A stretch of 10,344 bases of DNA from Caedimonas varicaedens (lineage in GTDB: Bacteria > Pseudomonadota > Alphaproteobacteria > Caedimonadales > Caedimonadaceae). Below the pieces are notes generated by a model that did no database searches, was not told the origin of the DNA, and saw only the letters and a list, made by a program, of their open reading frames with translations. Location of the stretch: contig BBVC01000029.1 of the NCBI GenBank assembly GCA_001192655.1, positions 1-10,344 of the forward strand. The letters run 5' to 3'. Both the position numbers and the translations under genes were made by a program. Positions within the stretch are counted from its first letter, which is position 1, and the number at the start of each line of letters is the position of its first letter. Shown here one piece after another: positions 1 through 7,773 of this stretch.

Positions 1-174
1 TATGTTGTTAGCTATATTTATAAGAATACCTTGATTGGGAATAGAGTTTACTAATCCTTTCAGTTCAGCGAGCTTGCGATTAGCTGCTATTGCTTTTTTC
101 AATATAGCCGTGGTTTCCAGTTCAACAAGGGGTGGAAGAGAAGGTAAATCGTTAAAAGGTTGATAGGGATTCAT
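1..174 (-). CDS. Fic/DOC family protein, N-terminal fragment (Fic_N-type); continues beyond the window start
   Basis: The reverse strand reads ATG (174..172) then MNPYQPFNDLPSLPPLVELETTAILKKAIAANRKLAELKGLVNSIPNQGILINIANNI, 58 codons with no stop, in frame to position 1. The pattern LPxLPP..(E)LET..ILK..I.A.R.LAELKG....IPN..ILIN matches what I recall of the Fic_N domain (PF13784) that precedes the Fic core. It is absent from the supplied track because it is short and truncated. No clear SD. Confidence 0.72.
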   Translation of the reverse strand, partial: MNPYQPFNDLPSLPPLVELETTAILKKAIAANRKLAELKGLVNSIPNQGILINIANNI

Positions 175-270
175 CTTTTTTTATTAAAAATTTTCTTTAT
201 AATTATTCTATATCTAAGTATCTTAAAAAAATCAGTTTTTGCAATCATTTTCTTATAAAGGGAGTATGAC

Positions 271-1344
271 ATGTTGATAGAAAGAAAGATAAAGCGCGCG
301 TTTTTTCTCTTAAGTTGGGTCTTTCTGATCGTCAACGTTCAAGCAACGGAAAGTTATAAGAAAGATGCAGCTGTTTCCGATGCACGATTGTTAGTTTTTC
401 CTGACAATAAGCGTGAACCCTTTTTAAATGCCATCCAAAATGCCCAACAATCCATTCAATTGGCAGCCTATAAATTGTCTGACCTTGCGGTTATGGAAGC
501 TCTGAAAAAAGCTGCTGAAAGAGGGGTAACCATCGATATCTTCTACGAACCTAATATCTTTAAGCATAGCCGTCAGGGCGCACAAACTTCTAACTTGGAT
601 GCTTTGAAAAAGGAGCATATCCGCATTCATACGCATTCCAATCGCTTTAATCAAGTTCATCATAAGCTTTTAATCATTGACGGAAAAAAAGCTTTGATTG
701 GAACTATTAACTTTGATGAAGAATCTTTTGATGGCATAGCCGGAGAAGACAGACAAAAAGAAAATGCCCCCTGCCGCGATTTTGCAATTGAAACCGATAA
801 TCCGCAGATTCTTCAGGAATTGACTCAAGTTTTTAACGCAGATTTGAAAGATCAGCCTGTCACTTATCATCATCCTGCACTTGTTTGGGGTCCCCATACG
901 CAACGTATGAAGATTTTGGCGCTTATTGAATCTGCTCAAAAAAACATCGATCTCTATCAACAGGATATTCAGGACAAGGGAATTCTACGCGCTCTGAAAG
1001 CGGCCATCGCCCGTGGTGTCCAGATACGGCTTCTTATGATGCCCTATCCTTTTGATAAAGATAAGAAAAAAGACAACAATATTTCCCATCAAAACGAATT
1101 GATTCAAGCAGGCGGTCACGTGGGCTTATTTACAGAGTTCTATGGTCATGCCAAAGCCATGTTAATTGACGGGAGAGATCTTAATAAAGCCCGTCTGTAC
1201 GTAGGCTCAACAAATTTTTATACACCCTCTCTTGATGAAAATCGTGAATTGGGAATTATTGTAAGTGACCACAAGGCAGTCTCTGATTTTTCCCATGTAT
1301 TCGAACAAGATTGGTCAAAATCGCAGAAAAATATCTTAAGGTGA
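271..1344 (+). CDS. Secreted phospholipase D / cardiolipin-synthase-like protein with two HKD motifs
   Basis: 357 aa ORF with ATG at 271, preceded by AAAGGGAG (GGAG 261..264). The N-terminus MLIERKIKRAFFLLSWVFLIVNVQA-TES looks like a Sec signal peptide. There are two HxKxxxxD motifs with downstream G(S/T)xN: HHKLLIIDGKKALIGTINF (nt 658..) and HAKAMLIDG...YVGSTNF (nt 1147..). This is the classic duplicated PLD-superfamily architecture. Confidence 0.85.
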   Translation: MLIERKIKRAFFLLSWVFLIVNVQATESYKKDAAVSDARLLVFPDNKREPFLNAIQNAQQSIQLAAYKLSDLAVMEALKKAAERGVTIDIFYEPNIFKHSRQGAQTSNLDALKKEHIRIHTHSNRFNQVHHKLLIIDGKKALIGTINFDEESFDGIAGEDRQKENAPCRDFAIETDNPQILQELTQVFNADLKDQPVTYHHPALVWGPHTQRMKILALIESAQKNIDLYQQDIQDKGILRALKAAIARGVQIRLLMMPYPFDKDKKKDNNISHQNELIQAGGHVGLFTEFYGHAKAMLIDGRDLNKARLYVGSTNFYTPSLDENRELGIIVSDHKAVSDFSHVFEQDWSKSQKNILR

Positions 1345-1410
1345 TAACGACGGTATACTGCAAAGTTGCTGCCCTATCATTGCATTGCCAATCGTTTCTC
1401 AGACACATAC

Positions 1411-1462
1411 GGTGTAAGGTTTTTCAAACTTGGGGAAGACCCCCCCCTTGCCACCGATTTTT
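1411..1462 (+). terminator. Candidate rho-independent terminator between convergent PLD and valS genes
   Basis: An outer stem pairs GGTG-t-AAGG (1411..1419) with CCTT-gc-CACC (1446..1455). It encloses a GGGG(1432..1435)-aaga-CCCC mini-hairpin inside a C8 run (1440..1447). GA then TTTTT (1458..1462) follows on the plus strand. Folded by eye only, with no free-energy calculation. Confidence 0.35.
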
Positions 1463-1475
1463 CTGCACAACACAG

Positions 1476-4124
1476 CTAAACAAAAGATTTAAGGGCTTGT
1501 TCGTAACGCGCATGGATTTCTTTGATTTCTCTTAAACGGTCTTGATTTTTTTCAATAATTTCAGAAGGCGCCTTGGCAATAAATTCCTTATTTTCCAGTT
1601 TCATTTGAAGCTGTTGAATTTCTTTTCCAATCTCCAGCAAGGATTTCTGCAAACGTTTCTGCTCTTGAACAACATCGATAACGTCTCCCACCGGAACATA
1701 AAACGTAGCATCTTCCAGAACAAGTTGGGCAGCTCCTTCAGGTATTTTTGAATTTTCTTCGATTCTTTCTATTCTTCCCAATTTCTCTAAAAGTGGTTGA
1801 TATTGCAAAAGGCGTTGCCTCGCTTCATCAGAACCTTCAAATAAGCCAACAGTCAAATTTAAAGACGGCGTCAAATTAAGATCAGACCTCAGTCCTCGAA
1901 GCGCCGTAATAAGATTGATGATCCATGTAATATCTTTTTGTGCGGGATCTGTGACCAGCGCATCGAGGGTTTCATCCTGAAAAGGCCAGAGGGATGTTAT
2001 TAAAAGACTGGATTGTTCGGGGGCTATATGCTGCCAGATCTCTTCTGTGATAAAAGGCATAAAAGGATGAAGAAGATGACTGAGCATGCCCACACACCAC
2101 CCCGCACAATCGCGCGTTTCCTTCTTCATGTCTTCATCATTACCCAGTAAAACAGGCTTGATAAATTCAAGATACCAGTCACAGAATTGCCGCCATACTG
2201 TCTGGTAGAGCGCCGAAGCAGCCGCATTAAAATGATAGTCCGCAAGCTCGAGATCAAGAGTGCGCCCCAGTCGGACAATCTCACCAGCCATCCAGCGATT
2301 AATGCTTAACGTGCAGGATTGGGGATTAAATTTCTGTCGGTAAAAACATTCATTTTGCAGACAAAACCGCGTAGCATTCCATAATTTGGTCGCAAAGTTA
2401 CGATACCCTTCAACAATGGAAGGAGAGAACTTTACATCACGCGCGGGTGCCGCCAGCGCCGCCATTGAGAATCGAAGTGCATCGGCTCCATACATCTCCA
2501 TCAATTCAAGAGGGTTAATAACATTCCCCTTTGTTTTCGACATTTTTTGCCCTTGCTCATCCCTGACCAACGTATGAAGATAAACCTTTTTGAAAGGAAC
2601 CTCTTTCATGAAATAGAGTCCCATCATCATCATACGAGCGACCCAAAAAAAGAGGATATCCAATCCCGTAACCAATAAAGACGTAGGATAATAACGCATC
2701 AGTTCAGGAGTCTTTTCTGGCCAACCCAACGTGGAAAAAGGCCAGAGTGCCGCAGAAAACCAAGTGTCCAGCACATCTTCTTCCTGCGTAAGCGAGACTT
2801 CCTGACCATAATAATCACGCGCTTGTGCAAAAGCTTCTTCTTCTGTTTCGGCGACAAAAATCTTTTGATCAGGCCCATACCAGGCAGGGATGCGATGCCC
2901 CCACCAAAGCTGGCGAGAGATACACCAGGGCTGAATATTATTGAGCCAATGATAATAGGTTGATGTCCATTGCTGGGGAATAATTTGAGTTTTTCCTGTT
3001 TGAACAGCCTCAAGGGCAGGCTCAGCCAAAGTTTTGGCATCCACAAACCATTGATCCGTCAGACAGGGTTCAAGAATGGCATCCAGACGCTCGCCATGAG
3101 GAACCATATGAAGAATATCTTCCATTTTTTCAAGAAATCCAAGAACTTCTAAAGATTCCACAACTTTTTTGCGTGCAGTAAAACGCTCTAATCCCCGAAA
3201 ACTCTCAACAACATTTTCATTTAGATGTGCTTTTTCATCAAAGATAGAAATCATGTCCAGACCATGACGCTGACCCACTTCAAAGTCATTGAAATCATGG
3301 GCAGGTGTAATCTTTACAGCACCCGTACCTTTTTCTGGATCACAATGAGTATCGGTAATGATCGGGATAATACGTCCCTGTAAGGGAACAATCGCGCGCT
3401 TTCCAACCAAATGTTCATAGCGCTTGTCTTCAGGGTGAACTGCAATGGCCGTATCTCCAAAAAGAGTTTCGGGTCGTGTTGTAGCAACAGTGATAAAATC
3501 GCTCGCATGTTCAATCTGATAGCGAATGAAATAAAGCTTTCCTTTTGTTTCGATTGATTTCACTTCCAAATCCGAAACGGCTGTCAAGAGTTTGGGGTTC
3601 CAATTCACAAGACGCTTGGAACGATAAATAAGTCCTGCCTTATACAACTCTACAAACACATGACGCACAGCTTTATTCAGCCCTTCATCAAGGGTAAATC
3701 GTTGACGCTCCCAATCTGGCGAAAGCCCCAGTTGACGCTGTTGAGAAAGGATAGCTCCTCCCGATTCTGCTTTCCATTTCCATACACGCTCAATAAATTT
3801 TTCACGCCCCAAATCCTGGCGCTTCAGCCCTTCTTCTGCCATTTGACGTTCAACAACAAGCTGGGTCGCAATTCCTGCGTGATCCATCCCAGGTTGCCAT
3901 AAGACATCACGTCCACGCATCCGATGGTAACGAACGAGAATATCTTGCAACGTGTAAGTCAAAGCATGTCCCATGTGCAAACTTCCCGTCACATTAGGAG
4001 GGGGCATCATAATGACATAAGGTTCGGCATCAGGTTTTTGATAAGATCGAAAAGATCCACACTTTTCCCAAGCAGCATAAAACTTGGCCTCAATCGCACG
4101 AGGCAAAAAGGTTTTGTCCAGCAT
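1476..4124 (-). CDS. valS: Valine--tRNA ligase (valyl-tRNA synthetase)
   Basis: 882 aa ORF with ATG preceded by TTGAGGAATA. Class I signatures are present: PPPNVTGSLHMGHA (HIGH) and KMSKTKGN (KMSKS). It also has the typical ValS editing/CP1 region (TTRPETLFGDTAIAVHPED) and a C-terminal coiled coil (LQKSLLEIGKEIQQLQMKLEN...). Confidence 0.97.
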   Translation of the reverse strand: MLDKTFLPRAIEAKFYAAWEKCGSFRSYQKPDAEPYVIMMPPPNVTGSLHMGHALTYTLQDILVRYHRMRGRDVLWQPGMDHAGIATQLVVERQMAEEGLKRQDLGREKFIERVWKWKAESGGAILSQQRQLGLSPDWERQRFTLDEGLNKAVRHVFVELYKAGLIYRSKRLVNWNPKLLTAVSDLEVKSIETKGKLYFIRYQIEHASDFITVATTRPETLFGDTAIAVHPEDKRYEHLVGKRAIVPLQGRIIPIITDTHCDPEKGTGAVKITPAHDFNDFEVGQRHGLDMISIFDEKAHLNENVVESFRGLERFTARKKVVESLEVLGFLEKMEDILHMVPHGERLDAILEPCLTDQWFVDAKTLAEPALEAVQTGKTQIIPQQWTSTYYHWLNNIQPWCISRQLWWGHRIPAWYGPDQKIFVAETEEEAFAQARDYYGQEVSLTQEEDVLDTWFSAALWPFSTLGWPEKTPELMRYYPTSLLVTGLDILFFWVARMMMMGLYFMKEVPFKKVYLHTLVRDEQGQKMSKTKGNVINPLELMEMYGADALRFSMAALAAPARDVKFSPSIVEGYRNFATKLWNATRFCLQNECFYRQKFNPQSCTLSINRWMAGEIVRLGRTLDLELADYHFNAAASALYQTVWRQFCDWYLEFIKPVLLGNDEDMKKETRDCAGWCVGMLSHLLHPFMPFITEEIWQHIAPEQSSLLITSLWPFQDETLDALVTDPAQKDITWIINLITALRGLRSDLNLTPSLNLTVGLFEGSDEARQRLLQYQPLLEKLGRIERIEENSKIPEGAAQLVLEDATFYVPVGDVIDVVQEQKRLQKSLLEIGKEIQQLQMKLENKEFIAKAPSEIIEKNQDRLREIKEIHARYEQALKSFV

Positions 4125-4173
4125 TATTCCTCAAGGCGTTAAATTAAGTCCAGCGACTTTCCCTCTTCTCTGT

Positions 4174-4818
4174 TTAGGGGCGAGTCACATGACGCTGTTG
4201 AAGCGTTTTTTCAATCTGCTCTGCAACCAGAGTTCGAATAATAGAAGGAAGATGGGCATCTAACCACTCCCTTAACAAGGGACGTAGCAATTCACGCATC
4301 AAGTTGTCAACCGTATATTCGCCAGCTGATTCAATTTTGAAAGGTTTATCCTGAACAGCTGGTTTTTGAGTGGCACGCGCCAGTTCAGCAAAGGCAGAAG
4401 CAGATTCCTGAAGCGCGTCTTCTGAAAGAAGTTTTTCTTGGGGCATAAAATCAGTCGTGACTGTTTTGTCCGGGACGAATGAATCTTGGAAGTTTTGTTC
4501 TTTTCTGAATGCTGCTTCGTTCTTTTCAATCATCATTCTTTCTTCCTTATTATGTTCTCTATATTCTTTATTTTGTCCTGCGCCCGCCAGAAACTCTCTA
4601 TTTTTTTGGGCTAAATCGACTATTGATCCGTCTTTTTTAATAAGGCGTGTCAGGTCAAGTATTTCTTCTGTCGAGTTATGATCACGTTCAGAAGAAGGAC
4701 CAGAATTAACCGAAGAGAGATTTTTGGTGCCTTCTTGAGTATCTTCAGAAATAATTTGACGAATAGATGAAAGAATATCATTAACGGCACGCTGTGACTG
4801 CGCTTCTGAATAAGTCAT
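4174..4818 (-). CDS. popZ: PopZ-like polar organizing protein (DUF2497 family)
   Basis: 214 aa ORF with ATG preceded by AAAAGAGGAGCC. The N-terminal motif NDILSSIRQIISED and the C-terminal helix region VDNLMRELLRPLLREWLDAHLPSIIRTLVAEQIEK closely resemble the Caulobacter PopZ termini as I recall them (MEEILASIRRIISED ... LEDVVRELLRPLLKEWLDQNLPRIVE). A charged, low-complexity linker separates them. Location next to valS and tolC fits alphaproteobacterial synteny. Confidence 0.8.
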   Translation of the reverse strand: MTYSEAQSQRAVNDILSSIRQIISEDTQEGTKNLSSVNSGPSSERDHNSTEEILDLTRLIKKDGSIVDLAQKNREFLAGAGQNKEYREHNKEERMMIEKNEAAFRKEQNFQDSFVPDKTVTTDFMPQEKLLSEDALQESASAFAELARATQKPAVQDKPFKIESAGEYTVDNLMRELLRPLLREWLDAHLPSIIRTLVAEQIEKTLQQRHVTRP

Positions 4819-6473
4819 CTACCGGCTCCTCTTTTACGTAGGGGTTCTGTTTTATCCCAACCCAGCCATTGATCACGGACAGTTTCAGGGTAAGTATCTA
4901 CATCATAACTGGCAACAGCTAATTGCAATATCTCTGGCGTCAATTCTCCCAATGTTGAAATAAGTGTATAGCCATTGAAGATATAATCACGACGCTCTTC
5001 CAATATACTAACTCGAGCTGTAACCACAACTTCTTCCGACTGAAGTACTTCCAGCAAACTACGCTCTCCCACAACGTATTCCTGACGTGTCCCCTCTGTA
5101 CGGATATCGCCTGCCTTAATGGCAGCTTCATATCGTTTGATTTGGGCTTTATTGGATTGAAGATTCTTCCATGTCTGTTTAGTGTTTTTCAAAGCGCTAT
5201 CTCGCGCTGTGTCAAGATCATGCTTCTTTTGGGAAGCCGTCTGTTCACTCTTGCGGATGCTCGACCAATCAGCCCCCCCATTATTGTAAATGGGGATAGT
5301 CATACGTAAAAAAACCGAAGCGTCATTCTGTCGTGTACCACGGGTTGAATTGTCTATTGTACGATCCGCAGACCCAACTAAATCCACCGAGGGGAGAAGC
5401 GCTCCCGCCGCAACATCAACACTATCCTTGGACGAAATATAATCGTACTGGGCTTTGATAATGTCAGGATTATATTTTTCAACAGCTCCCAGAAAAATGG
5501 ATAAAGAGCTTGGCAATTCCATTATTTCGTTAATGGGAGCCGGAAGAGTCAAGACAGCGGGGGGTTCTTCCCCGATAGTTTGAATATAAGTCGCATGAGC
5601 ATTTTCCAGATCTGCTTCGGTATTAATACGTGTCGCAACACTTTTTTCATACTCGAACTCGGCCTGTGCAACGTCAGTGATCGTTGAGCTTTCTCCTACT
5701 TCAGCCTGAGCTTTGACCTGTTGCAAAGTTTCCTTATAAAATTTTTCACTGATTTTAATGGTTTTAAGTTTCTCTCGTTGAAACCATAATTCCAAATACG
5801 CTTGGGCCGCATTTAAAAGGATGGATTGTTCCGTATTAAGAAAATCGGCCCTTGCTGAGCGCACCTGGTTTTCAGCAGCGCTCATCTCTGCGATCGTGCC
5901 ACCGCCCTTGTAAAGATTTTGGGTAATGTTCACAGTTGCAGACTTTTGGTTGAGAGAACGGGCATCAGTCACGCCTTGATCAAGCACGTTCTTATTCTGG
6001 GTTTCACTGACAGAATAGCCCGTTTGGACTGTCCCCACAACGGAAGGACGAAATCCCGCCATTGCCTGAGAAATTCCCTCAGCTATTGCATAATATTGGC
6101 GCAGTTTTGATTTAATTTGAGGGTTATAATTATATGCTGTGGCCAAGGCCTTGTTAAAAGGATGATTTGCTCCGAACTTCCGATTCATCTCTTTAGGGTG
6201 AACAATAGGTTCATGGCTGATTCTCAACCATAAGGGTGTCTTATCTTCTTTAGAAGACACCGGATTTATTTGTATCTTTGGCGCTATATAGTTGTTTTTA
6301 ACAGAGACACCTCTCTTGTGTTTCTGCTTTTTACCTTTTTTCTTCATTAATTTTTTTTGGGTTTGTTTTTGCACAGTATCTGAAGAATCAGTTGCAATAA
6401 GATTCTGACCTGCCATCGTTACTATTGCGATGGTTGCAACACCTATAGATAGAATATCTCTAAATTTGGTCAT
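4815..6473 (-). CDS. tolC: TolC-family outer membrane efflux protein with extended basic N-terminal region
   Basis: 552 aa ORF with a signal-like N-terminus (MTKFRDILSIGVATIAIVTMAG). From about aa 105 it shows the typical TolC/OEP start (NKALATAYNYNPQIKS...RPSV) and a two-repeat helix/beta architecture (TQNLYKGGGT..., TIPIYNNGGADWSSIRKSE...). Its TGA stop overlaps the popZ ATG (ATGA at 4818..4815). Confidence 0.9.
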   Translation of the reverse strand: MTKFRDILSIGVATIAIVTMAGQNLIATDSSDTVQKQTQKKLMKKKGKKQKHKRGVSVKNNYIAPKIQINPVSSKEDKTPLWLRISHEPIVHPKEMNRKFGANHPFNKALATAYNYNPQIKSKLRQYYAIAEGISQAMAGFRPSVVGTVQTGYSVSETQNKNVLDQGVTDARSLNQKSATVNITQNLYKGGGTIAEMSAAENQVRSARADFLNTEQSILLNAAQAYLELWFQREKLKTIKISEKFYKETLQQVKAQAEVGESSTITDVAQAEFEYEKSVATRINTEADLENAHATYIQTIGEEPPAVLTLPAPINEIMELPSSLSIFLGAVEKYNPDIIKAQYDYISSKDSVDVAAGALLPSVDLVGSADRTIDNSTRGTRQNDASVFLRMTIPIYNNGGADWSSIRKSEQTASQKKHDLDTARDSALKNTKQTWKNLQSNKAQIKRYEAAIKAGDIRTEGTRQEYVVGERSLLEVLQSEEVVVTARVSILEERRDYIFNGYTLISTLGELTPEILQLAVASYDVDTYPETVRDQWLGWDKTEPLRKRGAGR

Positions 6474-6494
6474 TTTATTTGGCTCATCTCCACT

Positions 6495-6830
6495 TTAATA
6501 AGTTGGCATTGTTTGATCTACAACCTCAGCCCAGTGCTGAATACCCCCTTTAAGGCTAACCACTTTAACAAAACCTTTTTCCCTTAGCAAATGACATGCG
6601 CGCAAACTTCTTCCGCCATGGTGGCAATACGTGATAATCCAGCGATCGCGAGGCAGTTCGTCAAACCGATATTCCAGTGATCTCAGGGGAATGTGCTGAG
6701 AAGACGCAATGTGCGCAGTCTCTACTTCCCATAATTCACGCACGTCCAGGAAAAGATGAGGTTCTTTATTATGAAAGAGCAGAAGATAGTCTTCTGCTGA
6801 AATTTCATCTGACGAGATTAAATTTGTCAT
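6495..6830 (-). CDS. Single-domain rhodanese-like sulfurtransferase
   Basis: 111 aa ORF. It has the pattern LLDVRE..E...GHI..S..IPL and the active-site loop CHHGGRS (catalytic Cys followed by an Arg/Ser loop), with a domain size typical of GlpE/PspE-type rhodaneses. The start ATG overlaps the pcm stop (ATGA at 6830..6827). Confidence 0.82.
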   Translation of the reverse strand: MTNLISSDEISAEDYLLLFHNKEPHLFLDVRELWEVETAHIASSQHIPLRSLEYRFDELPRDRWIITYCHHGGRSLRACHLLREKGFVKVVSLKGGIQHWAEVVDQTMPTY

Positions 6831-7486
6831 AAAATGAACCTCTCATTCACAGTAAATTCGTCAAGACGGGGTGTTGCTGCCTCAAAGGGGTATTTTCTTG
6901 TCCAGCTCCCCTCCTTTTTTGTCAGGACAAGCGCGTGGGGAAAAGCTGAAAAACCCTGCTCTTGCATGGTAATAATTCGCCCCCCTTCCTTAACCTGATT
7001 CATAATAACGTCGGGAATATGCTGCACCGCCCCTTCAATAAAAATCACATCGTAAGGGGCTTCTTCGCTCCATCCTTTTCGCAAGGAACCTGAAACAGGA
7101 TAGACGTTCAGGACTTCATATTCAAGGAGAGTGTTCTTCAAACGTGTGACAAGGGATTTGTCGTTTTCAAGACTGATGACCTTACGGCAAAGAAAGCTGA
7201 GTAAAATTGAGGAATAACCTGTACCAAATCCTATATCGAGGATTTTTTCTGTTTTTTGGATATTCGCTTCCTGTGCAAGCCGTCCAAAGACCATAGGAGA
7301 TAAAAGATAACGATTTTTAAGAACTTTTATCGCCTCATCTCCATAACAAAGGTGAGAGAGAGAGCGTGGCACAAACTCTTCTCGTGGTAATTTCGCCATT
7401 ATTTTCAAAATAGCACCGGAAAAGATCTTGTTAGGCAAAAGCTGGCTTAGAACCATATTATCACGAGCTTGCGTATAAATTGCCAT
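6827..7486 (-). CDS. pcm: Protein-L-isoaspartate O-methyltransferase family protein
   Basis: 219 aa ORF. Motifs seen: PREEFVP, the SAM-binding motif I ILDIGFGTGYSS, post-I VISLEND, and later PYDVIFIEGAV...P and GGRII. This is the alphaproteobacterial PCMT-like paralog that commonly sits beside tolC. Confidence 0.85.
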   Translation of the reverse strand: MAIYTQARDNMVLSQLLPNKIFSGAILKIMAKLPREEFVPRSLSHLCYGDEAIKVLKNRYLLSPMVFGRLAQEANIQKTEKILDIGFGTGYSSILLSFLCRKVISLENDKSLVTRLKNTLLEYEVLNVYPVSGSLRKGWSEEAPYDVIFIEGAVQHIPDVIMNQVKEGGRIITMQEQGFSAFPHALVLTKKEGSWTRKYPFEAATPRLDEFTVNERFIL

Positions 7487-7773
7487 GGTAAAATATTATG
7501 ATAAATTCATCTCTAAAATTAACTTGATGTTACCATATTATGAAATGCAGCAAAGAAAAATTTGAATCCTGTTTTGAAGACCTTTCAACATAGCCACGAC
7601 ATCATTCTTTCCAAAGCTGTAAGGCCTCCGCCGTGTGCTGGATTGGATTGATAATAAAATTTTAAGGTTTTTCCGTTGAAAACAAAAACACCTGCTTCAG
7701 ATAAATTTTTACGATAATTTAAAGTTTTTCATTAATAATAAGTATTATTGTAAATTTCATTATTGAGAATAAA

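Noticed and set aside
198-203. A perfect TATAAT hexamer in the Fic/PLD divergent spacer, as a possible PLD promoter -10 element.
   Set aside because: No acceptable -35 lies at 16-19 nt spacing. The spacer is so AT-rich that a chance TATAAT is expected, so it does not support a feature call.
424-960. Antisense ORFs 424..663 and 670..960 opposite the PLD gene.
   Set aside because: They are nested within a gene that has clear signal-peptide and dual-HKD evidence. There is no independent support.
1311-1535. A 74-aa plus-strand ORF spanning the PLD 3' end, the intergenic region and the valS 3' end.
   Set aside because: It overlaps two well-supported genes and reads through the terminator-like structure and the C8 tract. 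The Cys/Phe/Arg-rich product looks non-biological.
1542-4142. Seven track ORFs within or antisense to valS (1542..1751, 2386..2577, 2699..3046, 2970..3152, 3314..3514, 3660..3902, 3924..4142).
   Set aside because: All lie inside the strongly supported 882-aa valS frame. They have low-complexity or odd composition and no recognisable motifs, as expected for shadow ORFs opposite or out of frame with a long gene.
4299-6110. Internal or antisense ORFs in popZ and tolC (4299..4529, 4457..4681, 4940..5131, 5919..6110).
   Set aside because: They are shadow ORFs inside genes with family-level support.
7590-7650. A GC-richer patch inside the 287-nt pcm/secreted-protein spacer, considered as a gene remnant or sRNA. 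Nearby are small direct repeats of ATATTATGA (7494.., 7536..) and weak AT-rich hairpins, including TTTCATT/AATGAAA around the 7774 start codon.
   Set aside because: Translation in all frames gives only short, start-less or stop-interrupted peptides. The hairpins are short, AT-rich and imperfect, and the repeats are 9 nt in AT-rich DNA. Nothing rises above chance without covariation or expression data.
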